Source of the DNA: Octopus sinensis
Taxonomy: Eukaryota
Length of the DNA: 64,000 nt
Direction of reading: 5' to 3'
Assembly: GCF_006345805.1 (NCBI RefSeq)
Contig: NC_043018.1
Span: 27,652,001-27,716,000 of the forward strand
Below, one piece after another: positions 1 through 12,049 of the stretch (within the stretch, counting starts at the first letter, position 1; each line of letters opens with the position of its first letter). A model generated the notes under the pieces. The model saw only the letters and a program-made list of their open reading frames with translations. It had not been told where the DNA came from and made no database searches. Made by a program: the position numbers and the translations under genes.

Positions 1-261
1 GAAGCTTTCTGCTCTGGTATTTGAAACTCTGAGTATTATTATTATTATGACAACTAACTGGTTGTCCTATATTACATTTTTAGATAAATTCCTCTATTTA
101 CATAATATGGATGTCTCATTCATTCTTTTGTTGTCATATTATTATTATTTTTAATATATATATATACATATATCAATACTCGCGCACACGTATATACACA
201 CGCGCCACGCGAACACATAAGACAAAGATCACGTTTGAAATACAAAGGGAGAGTAAAAGTC

Positions 262-331
262 CGCTTCACTGAAGCACCTGAAAACTTCACAATCTATCCG
301 TTAGTATTTAACGCTGCCGATCATCAGACAG
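262..331 (-). ncRNA. Decayed hammerhead-like motif, diverged relative of the 48.4-kb element
   Basis: Minus strand reads CTGT-CTGATGA-tcg gcag cgt-TAAA...agattgtgaagttttcaggtgcttcagtgaagc, aligning by eye with ctgt-CTGATGA-acg gcaa cga-GAAA...agattttgttgaattttctgctgctttaaataaagc at 48.4 kb. GAAA has become TAAA, so it is probably inactive. Confidence 0.3.
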
Positions 332-1083
332 ACGACTCTCTGATAATCGGTTACATGAAACTCTATATAAAAGTCTGTGAAGTACTTTTAGCTTCAATAA
401 AAATGATTATCGTTAATGACTACCTGTCGCAGGTTTAGATCTAAACCTGCTAAGATGGTCTAATGTTCTTAAAGTCCCGATAAACTTATATATCAATGCA
501 GATGCGATTGTTTTTTTGAATGAATTATACCTGAAAAGGTTAACAAGAAATTAATTTCCTAGAAACGTACATTCTCAATGACAAGACATATAATTGCTCT
601 AAGGGATATACCAAATTTTGTGTTTATAATGTTTTCACCAAAAGTGTAAGTCACCTCTCTCCCCTCTCCATGGTTTCGATGTTGTCCAAGAGAAGAGAAA
701 TATTGATCCAGCTTGAAACTGTGGTCATCGCAGACATGGCTGTCAGAAAGCAAAGACCTGGAACAGTTACTGCAAGCCTCTCCATATGCTCCATATGACG
801 AATTTTGCAATTCCATTTCACTGTATTGGCACTTTATTTATTAGCATCGGATGGATGAGAAGCAAAGTTGACTTCAGCGGGATTTGAACTCAAAACAAAT
901 ACTGCAAATGGCATTCTAGCAAAAAGCTTTAACGACTCTGCCAATTCGCATCAAACCTCTCTCATTGAAGAGCCATAGAATGAAATACGAAGGAAAGTTA
1001 AAGAGAAATTAAAAGAAAATATTGGAAGATTAGACAATGAAGAATTCAAAGTAAAAATGGTGAAGTTGAAGGAAAGTTAAAAT

Positions 1084-1560
1084 TGTGTGGTTAAAGAGCG
1101 TGCTTCAAATCATGTAGTCTTGGTTTCATTCCCACTGCGCGGCACTTTGAGAAAATGTCTTCTAATATAGCTCCCGGTCAACTAAAGCCTCGTGAATGGA
1201 TCTTGTGGACGGGAACTAATAGAAGTCCGTCGTATACATATGTGTGTGTACATACATGTATGTATGTATGTATGTATTATGTATGTATGTATGTATGTAT
1301 GTATGTATGTATGTATATATTTATGTGTACCTCTTTGGGTTTTTCTACTACTACCACCACCACCATCACTACCACTTATCAACCGGTGTTAGTGTCTTTA
1401 CGTGCCCGTAACCTCGTAGCTTAGCTATTCGGCAAAAACAGACACCGATCGAATAGGTACGACGGTTCAAAAATTAGTCCAGGGATTGATTTATTCGACT
1501 GAACCCTTCAATGCGGTGCTCCAGCCTAGCCGCAATCCAGTGATTGAAACAAGTAAATGA
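1084..1560 (+). mobile_element. SINE family C (tRNA-like head, internal microsatellite, stem-loop tail)
   Basis: Head tgtggttaaagagcgtgc...ccactgcgcggcac, internal (TATG)n, and 3' gcggtgctccagc...gattgaaacaagtaaa. Same layout as the copies at 11560 and 46470. Confidence 0.75.
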
Positions 1561-1724
1561 TATAAAATACCTGTTCATTTTACATTAAAGGTATGCTAAA
1601 GAAGGTACGTGATATTCAAGAACTATCGAAGATAAAGTGAAATTGCGAGGTCAAAAGTTTTGTAAGTATATCGGCAAAAAAATAATTGAAGGAATATTGG
1701 AGGAAAATTATAATATTCTTTTCT

Positions 1725-1858
1725 ACTTTAGGTACAAGACCGGAAATTTTAGGGGAGTGAGCCAGTCGATTAGATCGACCCCTGTACGTAACTGGCACTG
1801 AATTTATCGACCCGAAATGGATGAAAGGCAAAGTCGACCTCGGCGGACTTTGAACCTC
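1725..1858 (-). mobile_element. SINE family A fragment
   Basis: Reverse complement of the family-A core ccgaggtcgactttgcctttcatcc...gtcgataaat plus the 3' tail. Confidence 0.75.
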
Positions 1859-2296
1859 CTTAAAGAGTTTTGAAAGATATGAATTATGAAGAAAATAAAA
1901 TGAAGAAATCGAAAAAGAGAAAATGTTTAAGAAAATAGAGATAAGTTGAATGAATAAGTAAATATTTATAGCAATTCAAAATTTCCCTAAATTAAAATAA
2001 AGAATAAAAAGTGAAAATAGTACTTTCGTAGAATTTGAAGAGAAATTTTAAATAATTATAGGAGAAATGGTAAAATGTTGAAGGAATAAATGCATTAATA
2101 TTCAATGACGATTGGAAAAAATATTAAAATATTGGAAGAATATTAAACGAAAAAGTTAAGGAATTCTGCCATTCCATTGATCGTAAATTTATGGTGACAT
2201 ATTCATGAGGAACTAACGGTGTATTAAGGGTGAATTAATGACGTTTTAGAGTGGAATTAATGGATTTTTAATGGTGAGTTTATGTATTTGGATGGA

Positions 2297-2435
2297 AAAC
2301 TGCGGTGGAGTAAACATGTAGTGCACTTACCTGACTCCAGACTCCCTAAATAGATTTTCTTTTGTGAAATATTAGTTGGCTCTCAGTCACGTGGTGGGCC
2401 AAAGAGGAGGGACTGGGACACTCTCAAGACGAGTG
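2297..2435 (+). pseudogene. RTE-clade LINE ORF C-terminal remnant
   Basis: Manual translation with one stop and one frameshift: KLRWSKHVVHLPDSRLPK*IFF / EILVGSQSRGGPKRRDWDTLKTS. This matches the RTE motif LRWxGHVxRMxDxRLPKxxFYGEL...GGxxKRxKDxLK. Confidence 0.6.
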
Positions 2436-4343
2436 TAACTTAGAACAGACTACTTCGTAATTTGCTGCTTGTGATCACCCTCTGTGGTGTAGTGCATTCT
2501 GTCTCAGAAATGAACAGATGAACCTGTAGCTAAAGAAAAAAGAACTTCACAGAAAGCAAGACTCCCACGGAATCCTATTTAGAATGTAATGTAGAATGAA
2601 TGCTGTTATGGAATAAAATCTGTGAAATGTGGGACAGTTCTGCTCCTCGGCTCCAGATCAACAAAATCGTTAGAGCGTTAGACAAAGATGCATTGCGGTG
2701 TTTATTTAGAATCTTTACGCCCAGAGTTCAAATTTCACCAATCTCAGTTTGAACTTTTATCCTGTTCGGCTCATTTGATAAAGTGTCAAAGCCAGTGTTG
2801 GGTTACTGGAATGGCAGAATTCCTAATGACTTACGGTATTTCTTTCGGCCCTTTACAATCTCCGTTGAAATCGGACCATTTCCGACTTGAGTGCCATATT
2901 TAATGTTTCCCCGTTTAACGCAACCATATCATTCTTGGATCCTCTTAAGCAAGCATTCAGACCAGTTCTCTAATTCGGGGATAATCTCCTTTTTTCCCCT
3001 CCTGGAAGGCCTTGTAAAGGACAATGAGCACTGCATTGCATCTTGACTAAGTGATAAAAAGAGACCAGGAGAATTAAGGCCCAACGAATGAAGTCCTGCT
3101 TCATTATGCTTTATTTTCTGCGATTTTTTTCATATTATTTATATCATGCTCTTGTGAACTATAGCGTCGTTTTCTAACGAGCTACTTAATGTTTTAACAT
3201 ATTTCCAGAGGTGGGTGTAACAAGAAGCTGTATGTGCAATCGGATATGATAATATTCACGAATATATTTTTTGCTCGATGCACTGCTAAATTTATATAAT
3301 TTGCTGAGATACATATAAATGTCCGCACACGTCCACACACTGGTCGAACAAACTGATTTTTAAAGACAATCGTTCTGACGCGGTCGACATTGCCGTTCGT
3401 GCAATCGATATAGATGAAATAAGTACCAGTCAAGTACTGGGGTCGATGTATTCGACTTCCCTCCTCCATCCCTCCCTTAAAAAAGTTGTTGGGTCTGTGC
3501 CAGAGTAAGGCAACTAAGTCCTGAATATCTTGCTCCTTGTTCATCTCCTTGTGTATCTGGGACTATCCAATGCATACTTTCTTAAAAGATGAGTGCGACG
3601 CGAGAGAGTTGTTAGCCGCTATTTCTAGCAAGTTGAATGGCCAGCTAGAGGGTTGGTCGTCAGTTCGTGTTAGTACACGTTATGTAACATATGATTCATC
3701 CATTACTGCAAAGAACAGGAAATTGCTATTTATAATCCGTTCCGTAATGGCGATATTCACACATGGCGTTTGCTGACATTAACGAGGAACGAAATTAATA
3801 CACACGCACAAGCGCATGTGTGTGAGTGTGGTGTGAGCATGTGTGAGTGTGAGAGTGTGCGCGCGTGTTGTGTGCGTATATGTGCTGTGTGTGTGTGTAT
3901 GTGTGTGTGTGTGTGTGGAGCGCGTATACCTGTGTGAGCATGTTTGTTTGTGCGTGTGTGTGAGAGCATATGTGTGTGTGTGTGTGTTTGTGTTTGTGTT
4001 TGTGTGTGTGTGTGTGTATGTGTGTGTGTGTGTAAATATGAGCTCAGGAATGGCCAAATGATTAAGAACGTTGCTTTACAATCATTTATTACGGGATCGA
4101 TTTCATCTAGAAAAACCTTGCGTAAATGTCGTCTGCTAAAACGTGACGTTATGGCTCTGTTTAGATGGAAAATATAACTAAGCTAGTCGAATGGACTCAA
4201 TCTGTGATTTAAATTCAAAGAGAAGCGCGCCTGACTTGTTTGTCTTCAACAGCGTCGTCAATCGAAACGTTCGACGATCGTGATTACTTGTACCAACGTG
4301 CCTGTGAAATACCCAACAGCAGACGATGTAAGTTAGATTGTAA

Positions 4344-4738
4344 GGGCGGTGAGCTGGCAGAAACGTTAGCACGTCGGGCGAAATGCGTAGCCGTATTTCG
4401 TCTGCCGTTACGTTCAGAGTTCAAATTCCGCCAAGGTCGACTTTGCCTTTCATCCTTTCGGGGTCGATTAAATAAGTACCAGTTACGCACTGGAGTCTAT
4501 GTAATCGACTTAATCCGTTTGTTTGTTCTTGTTTGTCCTCTCTGTGTGTAGCCCCTTGCGGGTAGTAAAGAAGTAGGTATTTCGTCTGTCTTTACGTGTT
4601 GAGTTCAAATTCTGCCGAGGTCGACTTTGCCTTTCATCCTTTCGGGGTGGATAAATTAAGTACCATTTGCGTACTTGGGTCGATCTAATCGACTGGCCCC
4701 TCCTCAAAAATTTCGGACTTTGTGCCTAGAGTAGAAAA
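4344..4738 (+). mobile_element. SINE family A, dimeric form
   Basis: Head ggcggtgagctggcagaaacgttagc, B-box gagttcaaattcc, core 1, spacer, then a second B-box + core and the tail. Same architecture as 38890-39290. Confidence 0.8.
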
Positions 4739-4844
4739 CAATATAAGTTGGATTGTGGTCAATTTTGCCGAAGTGTTAAGCTTCGAGTACGTTAAAAACC
4801 GGTACTGGTGGTCAAGCTAAGGTGGAGAACACACACGCGCGCGT

Positions 4845-4876
<32 letters not shown>

Positions 4877-4879
4877 CAC

Positions 4880-4914
<35 letters not shown>

Positions 4915-5105
4915 TCTTTCATTCTTTTATTTGTTTCCGTAATTTGAGAGCGGTCGTACTAGAGCGGCGCCGCAAAGGGTTTTAATCGAAGAAATCGATC
5001 CCAAGACTCATTCTTTGCGAGTCTAGCACTTATTCTATCGGTCAGCTATTGCCGAACCGCTAGCTTACAGAGACGTAAACACAATCCGTGGAGTGGGCAC
5101 AAACA
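4915..5105 (-). mobile_element. SINE family C, 3' part
   Basis: Reverse complement of ...gacgtaaacac...gccgaaccgcta...gatagaataagt...tail. Confidence 0.6.
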
Positions 5106-5277
5106 CAAACACAAGAGAGGGTGGATGGTATGCATGGGTGACTGCTGGCCTTCCGTAAACAATCTTGTCGGGACTTAAACCCCAGAAGGGAACTTTCCAG
5201 GTGTAACTCCATAGTTATTCATGACCCAGGGGGGTCTTTGCTCTTTACTCATATATACATATATATACATATATATA

Positions 5278-6095
5278 TACTAGCTTAAGGTGACCCGCTC
5301 TACGCGCGGGTGAGGGTGTGGTTGTTACATTCTGTTGCTTCCTTTCTGTTTCTTATCGCCACATTCTCTCTCTTTGTTTATTTCTCCTTTCTCTCTCACT
5401 TTCCCACTCTCTTATTCTTCCTTTCTCTCGGACTCTCCCTCACTTTCTCTTACTCTCTATCATTCTCTTTCTATCTCTCTCCCATTTATAAAAAACAAAA
5501 GATCTTGAGTAAGCTGTGAAAGAAAATATTTTGAAAGATCAATCATAAATATCAGGCAGTGACAACGGAAAGGTCTGCTTCAAGGCGGACAGCAAAATAC
5601 TAACAGACGAACTTGCGAGATGAATAAAAAATGTATATATATTGGAAACCAAAGTTTGAAGGGATAGAATCTGAGGATAGTAGACTCACCATAGCTGTCA
5701 TTCAAAACTTCTTAAAGACAGGCAGTAACGTACTGGCAGTTTAACGACTGGCGCAAAATTTTGAACTTGATGTAAAAGAAAATTCCTAAACACCAAGTTT
5801 TGAAATGATTCTCTCTCACGACAGTAGACTCCCGATGGCAGACATTTAAAACTTCTTTATGACGGACGGCAACACATACACGATTTAAAGGTTGGCGCAA
5901 ATTTTTCAGCTTGGTGTAACTGAGAATTCCTAAACACCCCCTCCTGTAAATTTTAATCTACTTCCATCCCCATTTTCACATAAAAATCCACATTGTATCA
6001 ACGTAATAATTTACCGTTCTAAAAGACCTGTGGCGGGAATATTTAAACCTTTGCGGCTGTCAACGCTTTCTCTCTACAGATACAGACAGACGTAC
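5278..6095 (+). mobile_element. Non-autonomous Helitron-like (HINE/DINE-1/Lep1-type) element
   Basis: 5' atACTAGC...gACCCGCtctacgcGCGGGT hairpin start, an internal duplicated block (5750/5893), and 3' acagatacagacagac. Recognised by resemblance only. Confidence 0.45.
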
Positions 6096-6444
6096 AGTGA
6101 GAGAGGTGGTAGGGGAAAGAGTGACAGAGAGACGAATCTATCAAACATCGTTATAGAGAGAAAGTAGGGGGAAGGAAGGAAAGAGAGAGATGGAAGAAGA
6201 CAGGGTGAATTGCGAATGAGAGAAACGACAAACACTTGTCAAACTGTGGGTTTTGTTGCCCTAGTAACCACAGCTTTTGAGAAAAGGGTGTCTAACCTAG
6301 TCCACTCGCTTCCTCGCCTCTTTTTACATCTCCCTGTAAATTTTGGAGCCAATCCGATCCCATCAAGTGCCTCTTAACTCGTTTCAATCCCAAAATGAGA
6401 CAGATTTTTCGCATTTGCCCTTTATAGATATGTATATATATATA

Positions 6445-6650
6445 GTTAATCCAAACAAGAAAACACAGAAAAAAAAAACACAGCAACGCGAGGACGTGGA
6501 ACAATTAAAGTATTATTTGACGCTCAGGAAAGAAGGGAAGGAGGGTTTAACGTTTCGAGCGGAGCTCTGCGTCAGAAACAAAGGAGAAGGAAAGATCCCG
6601 AGAAGGGAAGACTGAGGAAAAAATATTTTTGCTGGTGGTGCTCAAGAGAT

Positions 6651-6652
<2 letters not shown>
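6445..6652 (-). mobile_element. Short HHR-bearing element (Penelope pseudo-LTR-like) between (TA)n runs
   Basis: Contains the HHR at 6545-6579, is flanked by TA repeats on both sides, and has no ORF. Confidence 0.5.
6545..6579 (-). ncRNA. Minimal type-I hammerhead ribozyme (core variant)
   Basis: Minus strand: GTTT-CTGACGC-A-GAGC tcc GCTC-GAAA-CG-TT-AAAC. Stem I GTTT/AAAC, stem II GAGC/GCTC, palindromic ACGT stem III, GUU site. A9 has become C. Confidence 0.6.
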
Positions 6653-6694
<42 letters not shown>

Positions 6695-6904
6695 CAACAA
6701 TTGAGGGTAAAATTAATTAATTATTAATCAATTTCACCAAGTATTCAGTATGCAAAGGGACCAAAGGGATTTTACCGAAAAAGCATAGTGTTTACTGATT
6801 TTAACCCACGCGGGAACGCCTGCACCTATAAAATTCGTGTGGCTATGCTGGGGTATCGAAACCAGAGCCTCTCACATACAAAGTAAATGTATGTGTGTTT
6901 TTAT

Positions 6905-7120
6905 GTCAGTGTTTGTCCAACAGCCTCGTGACCGGTGTTGGTTGTTTACATCCCCGAAACTTAACGTTTCGGCAAAGGGAATTACAGAAAAAGTACCAGA
7001 CTTTAAAATAAGTCGATAAGTTTTAGGGTCGATCTATTCGACAAAAAAGAAAAAAGAGAAAAACTTCAAGCGGTGCACCAGCATGGCCGCAGTCCATTGA
7101 CAGAAACGAGATAAAAGAAA
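6905..7120 (+). mobile_element. SINE family C, 3' part
   Basis: gtttgtcc...gaccggtgttggttgtttacatccccg...gcggtgcaccagcatggccgcagtcc...gaaac. Confidence 0.65.
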
Positions 7121-7404
7121 AGTATGTATAGGCATGTGCGTGCCTGCGTGTGTGTGTATGTTTGTATGTATGTTTGTGTATTTGTGTGTGCATGCACGTG
7201 TGCGTGTGTGTGTGTGTGTGTGTTTGTGTGTGTGTTAGGTATTTCTTTCCAAAATATTTTTCATCCGTTTACTTTAAACTGGTAGTTTTCAGGCTGAACC
7301 TAACCTTTTGTCGCCAATCTATCAACACACGTGTGTAAAGTTGCCCCTGAGAGGACTAGACCCACGTGAAATGAAGTTTTCTGCTCAAAACCATAACACA
7401 TAAC

Positions 7405-7643
7405 CCGATCCTATTTCTGTACTACCCACAAGGGGCTAAACACAGAGGGGATAAACAAGGACAGACAAACGGATTAAGTCAATTATATCGACACTAGTGC
7501 GTAACTGGTACTTATTTAATCGACCCCGAAAGGATGAAAGGCAAAGTCGACCTTGGCGGAATTTGAACCCAGAACGTAGTAGCAGACGAAATACCACTAA
7601 GCATTTCGCCCAGCGTGCTAACGATTCTGCCGGCTCACTGCCT
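7405..7643 (-). mobile_element. SINE family A (monomer with spacer)
   Basis: Reverse complement of head, B-box, core and the spacer ending aaagaaata. Confidence 0.8.
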
Positions 7644-7959
7644 TTTTAACACATAACCCGATCCGTTAATCGAACCCGCGATCTGAAGATCACGAGTGCA
7701 ACACCTTAGTCACGCTTTCACAAATCATTACAGCACCAGGAAGAATACTTTGTGGCTTTTTAAAGTTCTGAATTCGACTTTAATTTCAAACCTCCAAAAT
7801 TGAGAAACAATTAGAAACAATGCGGAATGAAGTGTTTTGCTCCAAATTACAACGCACAGCCTTGTCCAAAAATCGAAACTGCGATCTCCCGTTCGTGAAT
7901 ATATGCCACCCTAGGCTCGTTTTTGCGAATCATTACAACGACGAGTGAATGCCCGTGTC

Positions 7960-8225
7960 TTAGGGGTCAGGGCATTCGGCTCACGATTGTAAGGTCGTGA
8001 GTTCAGTTCCCGGCGACGCGTTGAGTCCTTGAGCAAGATACTTTATTTCACGTTGCTCCAGTCCACTCAGCTGGCAAATATGAGTAGTAACTGTATTTCA
8101 AAGGGGCAGCCTTGTAACAGTGTGCTACGCTGAATCTCCCTGAGAACATATGTGTCTGTAGAGTACTCAGCCACTTGCAATTTAATTTCACGAGCAAGTT
8201 GTTCCGTTGACCGTATTAGCTGTGA
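7960..8225 (+). mobile_element. SINE family B (tRNA head + ccttgagcaagacactttatttcacgttgctccagtccactcagctg body)
   Basis: A/B-box-like head, and a body shared with the 12050-12600 minus-strand copy. Confidence 0.65.
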
Positions 8226-8227
8226 CC

Positions 8228-8310
8228 CTGCCTGGAATCGAGCTTGGAATCTTGGGGTTAGTATCCCGCGCTCTACTACCTCAAGATTCCGAGTTCGATT
8301 CCAGCAGTGA

Positions 8311-8347
<37 letters not shown>

Positions 8348-8423
8348 TAATAATAATAATAAATAATATAATAATATATAATAATAATAATAATAATACC
8401 CTCATAATGATAATAATAATATA

Positions 8424-8465
<42 letters not shown>

Positions 8466-8484
8466 GAACAACAACAACAATAAC

Positions 8485-8552
<68 letters not shown>

Positions 8553-8730
8553 TACCATCGAAAAATACCTTAGGAATAACCCAGGTTCGAAATTTCCCCA
8601 AGACACCTGAAGAACGCTGGAGGGTATATCAGCCGAAACGTTGTGTTAACAACAAACAAGATGAGGAAAAATATGTAAATGTAAATAATGTAAATAATGT
8701 ACATAATTCCTCATCCCTTAAATACAGAAC
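8228..8730 (+). mobile_element. tRNA-headed element with 5' inversion, internal (AAT)n and 3' hammerhead
   Basis: Inverted tRNA-like head (8228-8278), sense B-box gagttcgattcc (8291-8302), (AAT)n, short body, HHR at 8602-8647, and a gatgagga/tcctcatc hairpin in the tail. Confidence 0.55.
8602..8647 (+). ncRNA. Minimal type-I hammerhead ribozyme
   Basis: GACAC-CTGAAGA-ac-GCTG gagggtatat CAGC-c-GAAA-CG-TT-GTGTT. Stem I is 5 bp (one G.U), stem II is 4 bp, stem III is the ACGT palindrome. Confidence 0.6.
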
Positions 8731-8923
8731 CATAAAAACTGAATTTAAGCTCCAGGGTCCACGGCAGACCCAAGTCCTTAGAAAGTAAGGATTCTGTTAA
8801 TCCTTAAAATGTCTCTGATATAAATGCTAGGTGTGAAGTTTAAGGAAAGCGTTAGTGTCAATGAAACTGATATGAGTGTTTAGCCAATAATTTATTTTTA
8901 TTGATAGTAAAAGAACGTAAAGC

Positions 8924-9347
8924 GGATCTTTTCGGTTTGAACGGCAGTTTTTAACATAATTTCTAGGTAACTAAAAAAATTTAAACTTCGTATACTGGTA
9001 GAATGTGTTTATAAAACATCTTTTTCCCTTGGCTTTATTGAGAAAATTCTATAGTTTGTAAGATATTTGTTGTTTTTTTTCTTGAATTTCTGCAATTTAA
9101 ACCAATCACTGACGTCCATTGAGATGAAAAACATTCTGTGCCGTATGAATATGTCCCTCGTTTAAGAAACAGATTGGGTTTATTTACATTTGTGAAGAAA
9201 AAAAGATACCCTTCCCCCCACCCCTAACCCTAACCCTAACCCTAAAACAGATTGAAATGCAATAGATCGATTCTAGGGTCATAATTATGGGTGACAATTT
9301 CATATGACACTGCTAGAAAAAAACTGCCGTTCAAACCGAAAAGATAC
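8924..9347. mobile_element. MITE with ~28-bp TIRs and 8-9-bp TSD (Merlin-like?)
   Basis: TIRs ggatcttttcggtttgaacggcagttttt / aaaaactgccgttcaaaccgaaaagatac. Direct repeat CGTAAAGCG at 8916-8924 and 9348-9356. Internal (CCCTAA)4 at 9222-9245. Confidence 0.8.
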
Positions 9348-10239
9348 CGTAAAGCGAATCTGACGTAGGCGCGATTTGAACACGGAGCATAAAATGTCCA
9401 AAGCAAACACCTCAAGCTGTTTTGTCCAATGCTCTAAGGATTAAGTGTAGCAGCAAAAAAATTTCTTCAAAACAGATACAAACAACGTTCGCAACAAGAG
9501 CATCAACAAATATGACATTAACAACAACAACAGCAGCAGCAACAGCAGCAGTAGGAGAAGTAGCAGCAACAGCAGCAGCAGCGTTGACTGTTGCGATAGC
9601 AATATGTCAACAACAACCTCGCCGTCATCATCATCATCATCATCAGAATAACCATCAATAAGAACAACAACCTAATCACCTGCGTCACGACTATAACACC
9701 ATTTGGATAGAAATATTCCCCTACACACACAAAAAGAATGGAAAAAAAACATGTTTTTGTTATTCGATATTATTGTTTATCAACAACAGCCGGTCACGTG
9801 ACGCAAGTTTGGTTTCCGGGTTGAATTCCTACTGCGTAAACCCTGTGGGCGATTATCTACTAACGTATCTTCGGATTCAACCCAAAATCTTTATGAGAAA
9901 AATATACTTATGTAAGTGCCCGCTGCGGATGGACCTTTCTTTCGTTTTCTGCTTGTTTTTGATTTTTTTAAATTTTTGGTGGGGACTAGCAGGGGTAGGA
10001 TTCTTATTGTGTTTTCTCAGGTTGTAGGGTTAATCCATCGCCCCTTTTAACCCCAGATTTCTCCGCATTCCTTTAGTGCCTTGATCGGTATCTGCTTAAA
10101 CTGTTGCAAGCTCTCAGGCCAAGCTTCAGGGGTAAATATAAATTCTTCCCCACCCCATCCCATCCCCACAACTAACTAGAACCCTAATAAAAAAAAAAGT
10201 ATTAAAAAGTGTTATGGTTGTTTTCAAGTTTTAGCCTTC

Positions 10240-10930
10240 CATTTAGTGTTAGTTTTAGGGTTTAGTGTCTGGTTTTTGATTCCGTTTTAGAATTAGAATT
10301 TAGTGTTTGTGTTAGTTCTGGGATTAGTATCAATGCTAGATTGAGGATTAAGATTAGTATAAAATTCCACCGAGGTCGACTTGGCCTTTCATCCTTTCGA
10401 AATCGATAAAATAAGTACCAACTGAAAATTAGGGTCCATACAATTGACTTATCCTTCCCCCGAAATTGCTGGCCTTGTGCCAAAATTTAAAATTAGTTTT
10501 AGTGTGTTAGGTTTAGTGTTAGCATTATTTTTAAAGGATTAAAGTTAATGTTAGATTTAGGATTAGAGTTAGTCTTAGGATTAATGCCAGAATTAAATTT
10601 TAGTATTAGTATTAGAATTTAGTGTTAGCTTTCGTTTTAGGATTAGTATCCGTGTTAGATTTAAGATTAACGTAACTTTTAGGATTAATGTTAGTATTTG
10701 TTTTAAAGTATTATGGTTAATGTTAGTTTTAGAATAACCGCTGATGTTAGATTTATAGTGTCAGTTTTAGGATAAGTACTAATGTTAATTTCAGGATTAG
10801 TGTTAATTTTAGGATTAATGTTAGTTTAGAATTAATGTTAGCGTTTCCGAAAGTTGGTATTTGTGTTAAGATTAGAGAGATTACGAGATTTACTTTTATG
10901 GTTAGAATTAAACCAAATTATATTAAACCA
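10240..10930 (+). repeat. Degenerate TTAGGG/TTAGTG/TTAGGA-like low-complexity array, interrupted by a SINE A piece (10360-10485)
   Basis: Recurrent ttaggattagtgttag / ttagaattag / ttagggtttag with ~6-nt phasing. Confidence 0.55.
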
Positions 10931-10957
10931 AATTATGGTTAGAATCAAACCAAGCTG

Positions 10958-11006
<49 letters not shown>

Positions 11007-11340
11007 CATACATATATATATAATTATAACAATAAGGGTTTTGCAATAAGTTGCTTGACCACATACCCAAAATTTTAGAAATAGCAGTCAAAGGACTACT
11101 ATTTCCTTTTTCTACAAAAATATGTCTCCATGGACAACAATATTTGTAACTCACACATGTCAAAAAAAAAAAAAAGAAGAAAAATAATAAAATCACAGTC
11201 TTCGATTGATTATGGACGTACGTTTCTGGATTAGAATCATAAAATTCATTTCCTTCATCGACATAATATTCCGATAAATAAATCTAGACATGCTAGGAAA
11301 ATTTACCCCTTATATTTCTGACCAAGCTTCATCACAGTAC

Positions 11341-11387
<47 letters not shown>

Positions 11388-11559
11388 GCAAAGTTCGACT
11401 TTGTATTTCATCATTTGCAGTCGATAAAATAAGTACCCGTTAAATACTGGGGCCAATGTAATCGATTAGACGCCCACTACCCAAAATTTCAGGCCTTGTG
11501 CCTATAGAGGAAAGAATTATCCGAATATATATTTAATGTCAATTATCGAAACTAGGGGG

Positions 11560-11726
11560 GGGGGCTGTGTGGTAAGTAGCTTGCTTACCAACCACATGGT
11601 TCCAGGTTCAGTCCCACTGCGTGGCAGCTTGGTCAGGTGTCTTCTACTATAGCCTCAGGCCGACCAAAGCGTTGTGAGTGGATTTGGTAGACGGAAACTG
11701 AAAGAAGCCCCTCGTATATATGTATG

Positions 11727-11788
<62 letters not shown>

Positions 11789-12000
11789 CGTATGTTTGTG
11801 TGTCTGTGTTTGTTCACCCAACATCGCTTGACAACCGATGCTGGTGTGTTTACGTCCCCATAACTTAGCGGTTCGGTAAAAGAAACCGATAGAATAAGTA
11901 CTAGGCTTACAAAAAATAAGTCTTGGGATCGATTTGCTCGACTAAAAGGCGGTGCTCCAGCATGGCGACAGTCTGAATGACTGAACAAGTAAAAGAGTAT
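11560..12000 (+). mobile_element. SINE family C, full length
   Basis: ggggctgtgtggtaagtagcttgc head, internal (TA)n(TG)n, tail ggcggtgctccagcatgg...gactgaacaagtaaaagag. Confidence 0.85.
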
Positions 12001-12049
12001 TCAAACGTGAATATGTGCTATTCATGTGAGTAGTTCACTGAGAAAAAAT

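Noticed and set aside
559-816. 85-aa minus-strand ORF in non-repetitive-looking sequence
   Set aside because: No recognisable motif in any frame I translated; it cannot be supported as an exon.
9222-9245. (CCCTAA)4 as a telomere
   Set aside because: Only four units, and they lie inside a TIR/TSD-bounded MITE.
9790-9920. GTCACGTGAC E-box followed by a GTAAGT donor-like site (possible first exon)
   Set aside because: Single short motifs are expected by chance in 64 kb, and there is no supporting ORF or acceptor.
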